A stretch of 64,000 nucleotides of DNA, taken from Vicugna vicugna. Lineage: Eukaryota. The notes beneath the pieces are model-generated. The model did not search any database. It worked only from the letters and a program-made list of their open reading frames with translations, and was not told where the DNA came from. Where the stretch lies: the NCBI GenBank assembly GCA_013265495.1, contig MU058714.1, positions 682,001 through 746,000 of the forward strand. Reading direction: 5' to 3'. Numbering within the stretch: the stretch's first letter is position 1; the number at the start of each line of letters is the position of its first letter. Of this stretch, positions 11,601 to 23,800 are shown in pieces. The position numbers and the translations under genes were made by a program.

Positions 11601-14600
11601 GTGCGCGCGCTCGGAGGGGTAGACAGATCTAGATCTCATCAGTGTTCTCTGTGACGTGCCTCCAGCCCGCTGAGCTCCGCCGAAGGAATCACGGTGTACT
11701 TCCATGCAATCGTTTCTGAACAATTCGAATTCGACCCCAGCAAACACAAAATATTTGTCTGGGGCGGAGAAGAACTCGGGAAGCCCAAGTGGAGTCATAA
11801 TGTTTGCGAGATGTACTACACCAAGTGAGTATGCCCAGTGCCCCTTTAAGAAATGTGCGGAATGTCCCGTCTTCGGAATACATTGAGACCGTGACCCAGA
11901 TCAGGTCGATCGAAGTCTTAGAATTTTTGGAGGGCGAATGGTCCGAACAGCTGTTCCCCATATGTAAGTCGCTTCTAGTGACACCTCACCCGGGCCCGCC
12001 TCCTGCTGCCTTCGGGGGAAGCGGTGCCCGGTCTGGAAGCGTCGTCTTGCGCGGCAGCAGTCTGTGGCTCTGTGTCTGCACGCCATGCTGTGTTTGGGAA
12101 GAAGTCAAGTTTCTGAGAGAGGGCTTCCGGATAACCAGCTGGCGTCCTGTGTGTTCGCAGGGACTTAGGTAAAAACAGGTGCCTTGTGGAAGGCAGCACC
12201 GTCATTTCCAGGCAGCACGTGGGCACGCCCATCCCGTACAAGTACGTCATCTCACGAGGCAAGGGCACAGTGGATTATGAGTTCATCTACAAACCTCAGC
12301 AGAAGGAGGGCGAGCACGTGAACCGCTGCCTGAAAGTCAAGCCTTCCCTTCTGGGCTCGGGAGGTAAGTGAGGTCTGGGCTCCTGATCGGGGCTCAGAAG
12401 GGCTGACCTCTAGTGCTGGGCTGCCCCTCTGGGGAGCAAAGGCTTTCCTTGGTCCGTGTGGGTCCTCTGCTCAGCACTGGCCCTGTCCCAGCCCCTGGTT
12501 CTGTGTTTCATAAACCTGAGTTTGGAAGCATGTTTCTGATCAGTTTAGCTGAACCGCTCACTTACAAGAGGAAACAAGGAAAAGGATTTTTAATAAGGGA
12601 CAGGAGAGAAGATGTCACTGCTGGGTAGGAAGGGGGCTGGGGCAGAGAAGGGCCGCAGTGAGCAGGGGCGAGGGAGAGGGACCCGGGGCTGCCAGGACCA
12701 CGCTCACCCCTCATTTCCAAACGGCGACGGTGGATGAGAGAGCCATCCAGCAGAAGCTGGCAGGGGCCGGGTCCCCGTCCTCTGCTGTCTGCCACCACTG
12801 TCACCCTTCTGTTTTCTTTTTACGTTATTCTCTGTTTCTCTTTCTCTTGTCTGTATCTGGTTTTTTTTCTTCGCTCTGTGCGGTATCAATACTGCATGTA
12901 GTGTGTGTGTGGTGTAGTGTGTGTGTGTATGGTGTGTGTGTCCAGGGGGTATGTGTGGTGTGGAATGTGTGTCCAGTGTGTGTGTGTCTGGGATGTAAAA
13001 GTAGGGTGTGTGTGTGTGTGTGTGATGTGGTGTTTGTGTCTGGGGTGTGTGTCTGGGGTGTATATATGGGTGTGTGTGTATGGTGTGTGTGTCCAGGGTG
13101 TGTGTGTGGTGTGGTATGTGTGTCCGGTGTGTGTGTCTAGGGTGTATATGTAGGGGGTGTGTGTGTGGTGTGTGTGTGCACTGTGTTTTATATACAGAGT
13201 CTGTTTGAATTCTACTTTTAGGAACTTGCTCAGATCTTCTTTGTGGCCTAATTCCTGGCCCAGCATAAATACTCCATGTGTGCTCAGAAAGAATGGATAA
13301 TCAATTTGGGGGACTCAAAAGTTTTACGTATGCCTACTATGTAAAGCCTATTTAATATTAAAAACCTTATTTAAAAAGACTGACCTGTCAGCTTCTGAGA
13401 GAGATGTTCTCGTCTGTCACCAAGATCAGGTGCTTTATTTTGTTTATTTATTTATTTGGGGGGAGGGGGCATAAAATGATAATTTTATTACAGTCGTGGA
13501 TTCGGTGGGTCAGGAGTTTGGATGGAGTTTAGCTTTTATATCTGGTAGTGTGTTTCTGTTAATCCCAAACTCCTAATTTACCCCTCCCACCTTCTCCCTT
13601 TCGCCTTTGGTAACCGTAAGTTTGTTTTCCACATACGAATCTGTTTCTGCGTTGTAAATAAATTCATTTGTATTTTTTTTAGATTCCACACATAAGTGAT
13701 ATTATATGATATTTATTTTTCTCTGACTTACTTCACTTGGTATGCTCATCTCCAGGTCCATCCATGTTGCTAAAAATGGCATTTCGTTCTTTTTTATGGC
13801 TGAGTAGTATACCATTGTATAAATTTACCACATCTTCTTTGTCCAGTCATCTGTGGATGGACACTGAGGTGCTTCCATGTCTTGGCTGTTGTAAGTAGTG
13901 CTGCTGTGAACACTGGGGTGGAGGTGTCTTTTTGAATTAGAGTTTTCTCCAGATACATGCCCAGGAGTGGGATTGCTGGGTCACACAGCAGCTCTGTTTC
14001 AGTTTTTTAAGGAAACTCCAGCTGTTCTCCAGAGTGGCTGCACCAGTGTGCACTCCCACCAGGAGCGTAGGAGGCTCCCTTTCCTCCACATTCTCTGCAG
14101 CATTTGTTTTTTGCTGGCTTTTTGATGCTGGCCATTCTGGCTGGTGTCAGGTGACACCTCACTGTGGTTTTGACTTGCATTTCTCTGATAATTAGTGATG
14201 CTGAGCATCTTTTCACGTGCCTGTTGGCCACCTGTATAGGCCTTCTTTAGAGAAAGGTCTGTTTAGGTCTTCTCTCCATTTTTTTGTTGGGTTGTTTGTT
14301 TTTATGATACTGAGTTGTATGAGCTGTTTGTCATTAAACAGATTTTTAAGTTGGGAGAGTAACTCAGAATTGCCAAGCAGCTTTATTCTCATGTGCTTCC
14401 TTAATCATGATACTGTTCCAAGTAGTGTTTTTCAATAATTATATTTTGCAAGCTTTTTTTTTTAAAATGGATGTTAGAGCTTTTTCCCTTCTTCTTGCAA
14501 AGGCCCACGGGCACTTTAACTTGTTACTTCTCAGTGTGGGCTGCTTTCTTGTTCAGGTGTCCTGTTGGTAGGTTGACATTAGAACTCCTTGGGAAACGGT

Positions 14601-17600
14601 ACCCAGGTCAGGTGTTTTAAATGGGAAGGAGGTGAGTCATAGCAACCAATGGACAGGCTGGTGGGAAAGCTGGGGTGGTGGTGGCTTTCCGCGTGTCTGG
14701 AGGTCACTGATTAAGCCGAGGTTGGGAAGTGTCCCAGCCCCTGGCATCATCAATGCAGGTGATTTGGGAGGAGTGTCTGGAAGGCAGTGGAATTTTGTTG
14801 ATTGAGAGGTTCTATGCTTTGCTCCCTTTGGTGTGGTGGTGGTTTATCTATGTTAAATTAGTATAGATTTCATTAATCCCAATAAACAGAGAGAGTGAGG
14901 GAGATGTCTTCCCTCCCCTCTTCCTCTTTCTAAACCTCCTGTGAGCACTCTTGTTGGCAGAAACACTGGCGCGGGGGTGGGTGGGCAAATAAGGTTCCAC
15001 TCCAGCCCTGTGATACGGGGAGACCCGGACAGCAGAAGTGCGTGCTGGTGGCAGAAACAGCCACAGTTAGGGCTCTGTCCCTTCGAATGCTGTCCGTCCT
15101 GTGCTGTGTTCTGCCTGAAACGGATTCTGGTGTGTCCGTGTCCCTTGCCCACCCTCCTGGCCTCGTTGCTCTTGGCTTTTGTCCACCTCTGCTGTCTCCT
15201 CTCAGATTCACCCCTTGCAGCGACTAACGTCTCTGTTCTGCTGGACTTTTGTTGGCTTGTTTTTCTTTTTTTCCCCATAGTGTCTGATCTTCTTTAATCA
15301 AGGAATTCATCTCACTGGCATTTATTGTGACGGGTGTCGATGGAAAACTCACTTTTGACAAATTGTGTCTTTTCTGTCCACCTTGTTGCCTTGTTCATTT
15401 TTGTACTTTTTCTGACTTGGATTATCTTTCTCTTTACTGTAGGGGATAGGAACGTAAACATTTCGTTTCTACTCTTCCAGTAGATTCCCCGAGACCAAGA
15501 TCATTAACATCCCTCCCTGCCCCAGTGTCCTGGGGTCGGGGGTGTCCCCTGCCTCCCCCTCCCCCTCCACGGCACTGGCCCGTCCCAGGCCGGCAGCCCT
15601 CACTCACCTTCTGTCTGGAAGGGCATTTTTATAAAGCCAAGAGAGACCCTCTGTGTCCCCCAAGTGTGAGGAACATAGCAGGAAAGGCTTCCATGGGAGG
15701 TGAGGCCTGAGAGATTGGAGTGATCCTGGGCAGGGCAGGGCGAGTATGGGGCAGAGATGGGCAGGGAGCACTCCAGCAAGACAACAGGATGAGTGAAAGG
15801 AGCCGGTGAGGGGCTGGGCAGAGGCTCCGCCTTTCTGACTTTCCCGTTGTTCTGTGTCCACATTCTCTCTTGTGACTTGCTGACCTCTCTGTCTTCTAAT
15901 TATTTGATGATTGACTTTCCTGGGTTTTCTAGGTCTACACTCGTATCATTTCATCTGGATATAAGGGCAGCCTTGGCTCTAGCCCTTGACCTGTGTTGAG
16001 GGCTGTCTCATCTGCCGTGTGACCCGCACCGTCCTTCACGGAGTGGGCGCCACGGTTCAAGGGTAGAGGAGATGAGCACTTGCACCAAGTAACTTACCAA
16101 AATGCTGCACAATTGCTACTGAGTGACGTGGTTTCAGGATGAAACTTTTGACCCGTGTGTGGTCATTTTCTAAGGAACTCACGTACCAAGTGTGCTGAGC
16201 CATTTAGTTTGACAAAGACATCTTCCAGGTGTTTTCAGGGTGGCTGAATCATGTGGCCTCGGGCCTCACTCGAATCACAGTAGGGTGCCTAGGATACCTG
16301 CCCTAAACCCAGTTGTGCTTCCCCTACAGGGAGTGCTCCCCACCGTAGGGACCCTGTGTTGCAGGGACCCTGTGTTGCATGCCTGTGGATGGGTGCCTGG
16401 GTGCCTGGATGGAGTGCGTGCTGGCTGCCTTTTTTCTGTTTACCACATTCTGTGGTTTTCCTGTCTTCCCTTCCGTGGGTCCTTCATGCTGTTTCTTCTG
16501 GTCAAGGCCAACCTTCCAGGGTGGGCTGTCCAGGCCCGGTGGGTTTTGGTGCCCCTGAGTGTGATGTTGCCTTTTTATTCTTAGATTGGCATCAGTACGA
16601 TGATATAATCTGTATGAATTCCCCTGGGATGTGGCAAAGGATGAAGGATCGTTTAACAGACGGTACGAGGAAAGACTTGGTGAAAGGGAAGCAGATTGCG
16701 GCTGCAGTCATGCTGGACGGCATTTTCAGCATCCTCGAGACCTGGAACACCATCAATTTAAAGAGCTTTTTCACCCAGTTCCAGCAGTTTTATTCTGTCA
16801 TCCGCGTGCCCATGATTTATGAGGGGGAAGAACAGCAGTGGAGCGCCCTGCAGTACAAAGAGGAGGAGGTACCGGGCTCGGGTGTCAGCAACAGCTCCCT
16901 TCTCTCGCCCTGGGCGGTCAGCACCACTCCGCTCTCCCGGCCAGATGACCCCTAGATTCAGTGGATCTGGTGAACGAGGGCAGGTGGACCTTTCAGTCCC
17001 TTTCCCCTAGCACCACCTCTTGGGAATTGTTCATCCTCCCCATTTTCTTCTTCCTCCCACCCCCCTCACCTGGCTCCACCCCCACGCCGGTCCCACCTCC
17101 TCGCCTGGCCCCACCCCCTCCCTGATCCCACCCCCTCATCTGTCCTGTAGCAGAATGGAGAGAAGGGTGGCCCCTTCTTCACTGCATCTTCACCTGCTCT
17201 GTGCCGTGGCTTAGGCATTTTTGAGACATACCTGGAGCCACATCTGAGATGACTGGTGAACCCTTTTAAGCCATAAGCCTCAAGGCCCCCACCTGAGCGC
17301 CCCTCCACCACGCCAAGGCCTCTGGACACACCACTAGTGGCACCTCCCAAAGGCCCGGGGAGGGGCAAGCTCGGGGCTTAGCTGGGAGGCAGGTGGTGTG
17401 ACCCCTCCACAGAGTTCTCCTTGCCCCTCAGGCCCTGGCCCCCCTGCCCAGCTGAAGGGGAACTGAGGGCAGGGATGGGCAGCTCTCGTCCTCTCTGGTG
17501 GATTCAACGCCATGGCTCTCGTGTCTTCTTTTTCTCCTGGGGTCAGGTGAAGAGGCACCTGTGGGAGTGTCTGAAAAGGAAAATGGCACCACTTCTGGAA

Positions 17601-17804
17601 CGGAGTGAGGAAGCCCTGCCTGAAGCCTGCCCAGTGAGGAGTAAATTGAGAATGGGCCTGATCGCCCTTTTCTCAGCGGAAAAAATTGAGTTACACTTAT
17701 CGGCAAGTGACCTGCGCTCACTCTGTCTCCTCCTTTGCTCCAACGCCAGTTCCCCAGACGACCTTCGCAAAGACCTGATCCACGTCCTTGAAACACCTCA
17801 GAGG

Positions 17805-17839
<35 letters not shown>

Positions 17840-20800
17840 GTGTGTAGAGATTTTCTAGCTGCATCTCATGGTTTTCATCTGATTACAAAAATCAGTGCTT
17901 GTCATATAATGGATGAAAACATGCAGGGAATACAAACCCCCCGTGACGTTGCTGCTCACTGTTAAAACATTTACCCCGTGAGCCTCTTTTCTAGCCTCTG
18001 TGTGCTCTGTCTTCACTTTATTTCCTACTCTCTTGACGCCTGCTTTGAAGAAGCTTCATTCTGTATCATGACTCAGCCCTGCGGACGTGCACTTGGGGAG
18101 TCGTGGTGAGACACGGGAACCCCGTGGGTGTCCTCCCCGCGGCCTCTGCTGCCGCCGTTCCCCGTCCCGGACCCGGGGCCCCGCTCGAGGAGTGGAGGCC
18201 GCGGCCTGACCTGAAGGCATTTACGTTTCGCTGGGTGGAGGGCACCACCTCAGAACCCTCTGATGATCGAAGGGTTTTCTGTGCAGCTGTTTGAATTGGA
18301 CTGGAGGATAATATTGGGTGGCCCTCCTTGAGCAGCAGGCCTTATAGGGCACCTGCCTCGTGGTTTTGCAAATTTCGAACACCCAGCTAAACCCTGTTCC
18401 TTTTGAAAGAGAGACGAAATGCTGGCTGAGGTACTAAGTTGGTACCAGTGTTGCCAGGCCTGAAAAAGCATGCCTGTTTTGTGATTGTGGGGGACACGCC
18501 AGGTGTTGGTTGCAAGCTCCCCGCTTAGGTGATACTTCTTAGATTTACTGGTGCCAGGCGGCCTGGGCGTAAGCCCCAGTGGTGATCACGGGCCTCCTGC
18601 ACCTCCGTCCCCTCCCTGTCAGGGGGGATGGGAAAATGCCATCGGGAGCTTGCTGTGGGGCTTCTCGAGGGCCTGCTTGGAGCCTGAGGATTTGTGGGGA
18701 TGCCGAGGGGGCCCTTGTCTCCCCTGAGCCCAGGTTTCTCCTTGACTGGTCACTCTGTGCTCTAAAACCCAGAGTTCTCTTCCGTTCTGGGCAAGGAGCT
18801 GGCTTTTCCCTGGGAGGCCTCTGACCCCCAGGGTGAGCCTGACACTGGCCGCCCTGGTTCACGGCGGGGTCCCTGTCCCCCTTCCTAGCTGGCGAGTGTC
18901 CCCTGGTTCACTCGGAGTCTCTGTCCCTTTCCTAGCTGGCGAGTGTCCCCTGGCTCACGGTGGGGTCCCTGTCCCCTTCCTAGCTGGCGAGTTTCCCCTG
19001 GCTCACGGCGGGATCTCTGTCCCCTTCCTAGCTGGCGAGTGTCCTTGGTAAACTTGTGTCAATTGTGTGTGGACGAGAAAGAGGATCTTTGGGTGTGCAT
19101 CCTACCTGTGCTGCACCACTGCATGCAGCTGTCCCCGCCAGCCAGGGACCCCGGCTTGCAGCCCGAGGACGCCTGGGCAGCCCTCGAAGGCATCTCCTAC
19201 TCTGAATATCGAGAAGAAAGTTCAAGTCGGTAAGTTGTAGAGCTGCCCTTACTATGTAACTCTCAGAATCATGAAACTGCTTCCAAGATCTCCAGTGGGC
19301 TCTTAGGACCCCTGGTTCCTGCTTCTAGTGATGGAAACGATGTACTTCTTTACAAAGTTTTAAACATGCAAGAAATAATGTGCAAAAATGCAACCCCGGG
19401 GTAATCATTGCCGTCAGTGCTTTGGCAGGTGTATTTCCAGGGTTTTCTCCGAATGTGGGTATGTGGCTGCTTTATATGCTGAAAAAAACCCACAGAAGAT
19501 AGATTATTTATTTATATTCATTTATGTTTCTTACAGTTTTATGGTGCTGTAATTGACATGCAGCCCTGTGTAAGTTTAAGGTGTACAGAGTCATGATTTG
19601 ACTTAAATACATCATGAAATGATGACTGTCATAAGTTCAGTGAACTTCCTTCATTTCATGTAGATACAAAATGAAAGGAAAAGGAAACATTTTTTTCCCT
19701 TGTGATGAGAATTCTTAGCATCTACTCTGGACAACTTTCACGTATAACACCCAGCAGTGTTAATTATAGTTACCACGTGGTACATCACATCCCCGGTACT
19801 CACTTATCTTACAGCTGGAAAAGTTCGTGTCTTTTGACTGCTTTCATCCAGTTCCCCCCACACACAGTCCCCACTTCTATGATAGGCTGTCTGTCCTGTT
19901 TTCCAACCTCTCTTTTCACTTCACAGTATTTTGTGCAGGTTTTTTGCCAGTGGATTTGCACCTACTATTATAATGACTGCTTAGTGTTTTGCTTAGCTAG
20001 TTTTCTGTTCCTGGACACTTGGATTGCTTCCGCAGTTTGGCTTTGTAAGCATGCTTTGAGGCACTCCTTTGTAATTTTCTCTGTCCAGTTATTTCCTCAA
20101 GGTAAATTTCTGAAAGCAGAATTGCACAGGTCAGAGGCTTTGCACATGGGATGGACACATCTGAGGCAGTGAAGTTCCATCTTGGGGCAAGCAAAGCTTT
20201 CTTAGAGAAGACACAGAAAGCACAATTCACACGAGAAAAATGGTAAATCAAATTCAAGTACAAAGGTTAGATGAAAAATAAATACAAATCAAATACCAAA
20301 ATACTAATACCAATGCTCATTTCCGAGCACAGATAACATCTCCCATTTACTTGTCTTTTGTCTGATTAAGCCAAGTCTCACCTGGCTCCACTCCCCCAGA
20401 CCAGTAAGATCCAGCCTATAGGTTTGTAGGGGTTGAAACAGTGAGCTAAATTCACTTACTGATTTTTCACCGCCATTGGAACCTTTTGAAATGAAAACCA
20501 AATTAAGATTATTTATATAATTCTATATATTTTAAAGCCCCTTCAGGGGGCATTAATCTAGAAGAGCAACTATCTAGGAGAAATTTAACTGGAGAATGAC
20601 AAGCATTGTCATTAGTCCCAAAGATCGTATCTTTCAGGCAAAAGTTGCCTTTAAGTATGTAGTGAACCTTTATCCATGTGTTTCTTGTAGCCTCTGTCAC
20701 TTCGTGGCACTCTTTATTTTCCAACGGTCGTCTTTTTGGGTCTCCAGGACAGTGTTACACAGAACAGCTCACTGGCCTGGGTTCGCGTAGACTGGTTGAC

Positions 20801-23800
20801 CCAGGGCACTTGCTTATTCACGCATCAAATGCTTAGTTCATGGATTGATGTACCCACAATGGAAAACAGGTTGAAAAAAGAACCGCCTTGTGATCCAGCA
20901 ATCCCACTTGTGGGTCTGTATCCCAGGGAAATGGAATCAGGGTCTCAGAGAGATACCTGCATCCCCACGTTCATTGCAGCACTATTCACAACAGCCAAGA
21001 CACGGAAAAAACCCAAGTGTCCATCAACAGGCGACTGGGTAAAGATGTGTGTGGGGTGTGTGTGTGTGTGTGTATGAGGTATCCATGAACATATATGATG
21101 GAATATTATGCAGCCACAAAAGGGGGGATCTTGTCATTCGCAACAACGTGGATGGACCTTGAGGGCATTAGAGATAAGTCAGGTACGTAAAGACGAGTAC
21201 TAGATGATGTCACTTCCGTGTGAAATCTGAAAAAGTCAAACCCAGAAGCAGAGAGAAGAATGGTGACCCCCAGGGGCCTGGGGGGTGGAGAAAGGGGGGA
21301 TGTTGGTCAAACAGAATGAACTCCAGTTAGAAGACAAGAAAGAAAGAAGACGATGAGGCGACGCTCCGGGGAGCCATTGTGCAGCACGGCAACTGCAGTT
21401 AGCGGTACCGTGTTGTTTCCTTCAAGGTTGCTAGGAGAGTAGGTCTTAAACGTTCTCACCACAGAAAAGAAATGGCAGTTACCTGACACCGTGGGTGCAG
21501 GATTCAGCTGGTGCTGTGGTGCTAATCATTTTGTAATACATAAATGCATCAGGTCAACACATTGCGCACCTCAGACTTGCACAGTGTCATGCCAGTTGTA
21601 TCTCAGTACAACTGCCAAAGTGCATAATTCTTGGTGAGTTCTTTTATTCCTGTGGTAAAATATACGTAATGTACAATTTACCATTTTGATCATTTTAAGT
21701 GTACGGTTTGGCGGCATTAAGTGTATTCACATTTTTGTGTGCGCCTCACCCCCATTCATCTCTGGAACTTTTCATCGTATAAAACTGAAACTGTCCCCAT
21801 TAAACAACAATTACCAACCCCCCCCAACCAGCGCCTGGTACCCCCTACTCTACCGTCTGTCTCCATGACTCTGACTCTTCGGGACCTCACTTAAGTGCCA
21901 CCACACAGCACTTGTCCTTTGTGACTGGCTGGTCTCACCGTACCATGTCCTCTGAGCTCGCCCGTGCTGGTGAATTCTCAATGGGCTGTTACTCTCAGTT
22001 GATTGACTACTTGGCGTTTCAATTATTTTTGAAATCTGAACTCTGGATCCCGTCTCCCATCACTTTTCTTACCTTTGACCACTTTACCGACCTCACGGCT
22101 GCCCTTTATTCCTGTTCCTGTTTTCCTTTATGCAGGAAACAGTTGCTCCAGCTTATGGAAGAGAACAAACATTTGCTCTATGTGGATGAGTATCTGTTCC
22201 GGTCCTGGTTCAGTTTGCTCCCTCTGAGCAGCTTGGTTCATTACATGAATGGTCTCACTGACTTTTTAAGCCGCTCTCCTCCTCGTGTCCTGGACTGCCT
22301 TCTAGGGACCTCCTACCGGTTTCAAGGACTTCGGGAAATCTACAACAGAAACTCAAAGGTGTGTTGCCTGGAATCGGCTCTTAGTCCTTGCTTAGCAAAA
22401 GCAGAACAAAAACTAAACAGAGCTTGATTCTCCTTTTCCGAAAACCTGGCAGAGGGAAGCACTTGGAAACAAGAGAACCAGGAGGGTCACGATGTCTTAG
22501 GGAAAAGGGTTGACTGACTTGAATTTACTCTGTTTCAGTAAACAGAACTTCGTGAAACAGTAGCTTTGGGGGGTGTGTGATTGTGGGAGGCAGGGTTAGA
22601 AGTGGCCCCAGGTGCTGGCACCCTTCCTCCTTCCTACCTGTCTTTCCCCATTTTTGGGGGTGGAGAAAATGGTATAATTTTAAATCTTGAGTTTCATTTG
22701 TGAAAGTTGTAAGACTAGTACTTAAGCACCTTAAAACATGTTTGCAGAAAGAAAACAGTTCATTGCTGCCCTTTGTCTCTTTTCTTCCCCCCTAGAATAT
22801 TGAGAGCATTTTACGCGTGCTGTCTCACCTCCTGGATAGTTGTCAGGACAAGTAAGTAGACGAGTAAGACGTAGCCTTCCTCGTGCAGATGGGGATGTCC
22901 TTCTGCTCCGCCGGGTCCCGTGTTTGCTCTCACAAATACACATAAACCATAACTCAATATACATCCCACTTTTCCCCAAGGTATTAATGTAATCCTCCTA
23001 CTTTTAGAAAAGGGAAAGTCATAGAAATCTGATGCTGAGATTTCTGGTTTATTTCCGTCTGGTCTTTCTTCCTGTGCGTTTTTTGTCATTTATTTTTAAG
23101 TGATTACCGTTATATGTCATACCCCTGCTTGTCTCCTGCATTTCATTAACGTTTAGTCTTCAGAGGGTTTTTTGCAAGTTCGGGAGGTTGAAAATAAAAA
23201 TCAAAGGTAGCTTTCTGTAATTACCTGAAATCCTTCACTCCCGCAAATTCGTGTGGCCCCTGAGCCCCGGCAGGGGCAGCATACAGAACACAGAGCAATA
23301 GAGACGAACACGTGGGCGAGAGGTGTTTTCTGAGCTTCTCCAAGCGCTTTGAGGGTCGCCTCCCCCGAATTCCGAGGGTGGTCAGGATGGAGGCGGGGGT
23401 ACCACATCTCCTTCAGCGCCCAGCACCTGGGGCCCCACCCGGTTCTGTGTACTACAGAATCACCGAGCAGTGCCTTTCTCGTGCCGCCGTCCGGGCCCCG
23501 CCCCGGTCAGGCCCCCGACCGTCCACTCTGGTCGTGTGTCCGCCGTGAGCAGGTCCACACGGGCCGGGAGAGACTGCGTGCTCAGGCCACGTGCCTCTGG
23601 CGCTCCTTCCCTTCCTCCCTCCCCGTAGCTTTCTAATTTTTTTTCAGATTTATATCTCATTTGAACTTGATAATGTTGCATCTCTAGCTTTTTTTCCCCC
23701 AAGTAAGGGAATGCGCTTGGGAACAGTTTGATTGGCTTTCGTTAAAATAGTTCAGACCACGGAGGCAAACCAGAAGGACTTTATTTCATCTTTATCTCAA

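Noticed and set aside
12658..13266. Cys/Val-rich and His/Thr-rich ORFs
   Set aside because: Translations of the (GT)n block.
16347..16379. 16-bp direct repeat, and similar 11-13 bp doublets near 30514 and 33527
   Set aside because: Ordinary slippage duplications with no effect on splice sites.
18100..18210. Small CpG-rich patches (also ~34565-34620) as internal promoters
   Set aside because: Too short for CpG islands, and the whole locus is GC/CpG-rich.
18852..19043. CRISPR-like array
   Set aside because: Head-to-tail units without unique spacers in a mammalian intron; it is a minisatellite.
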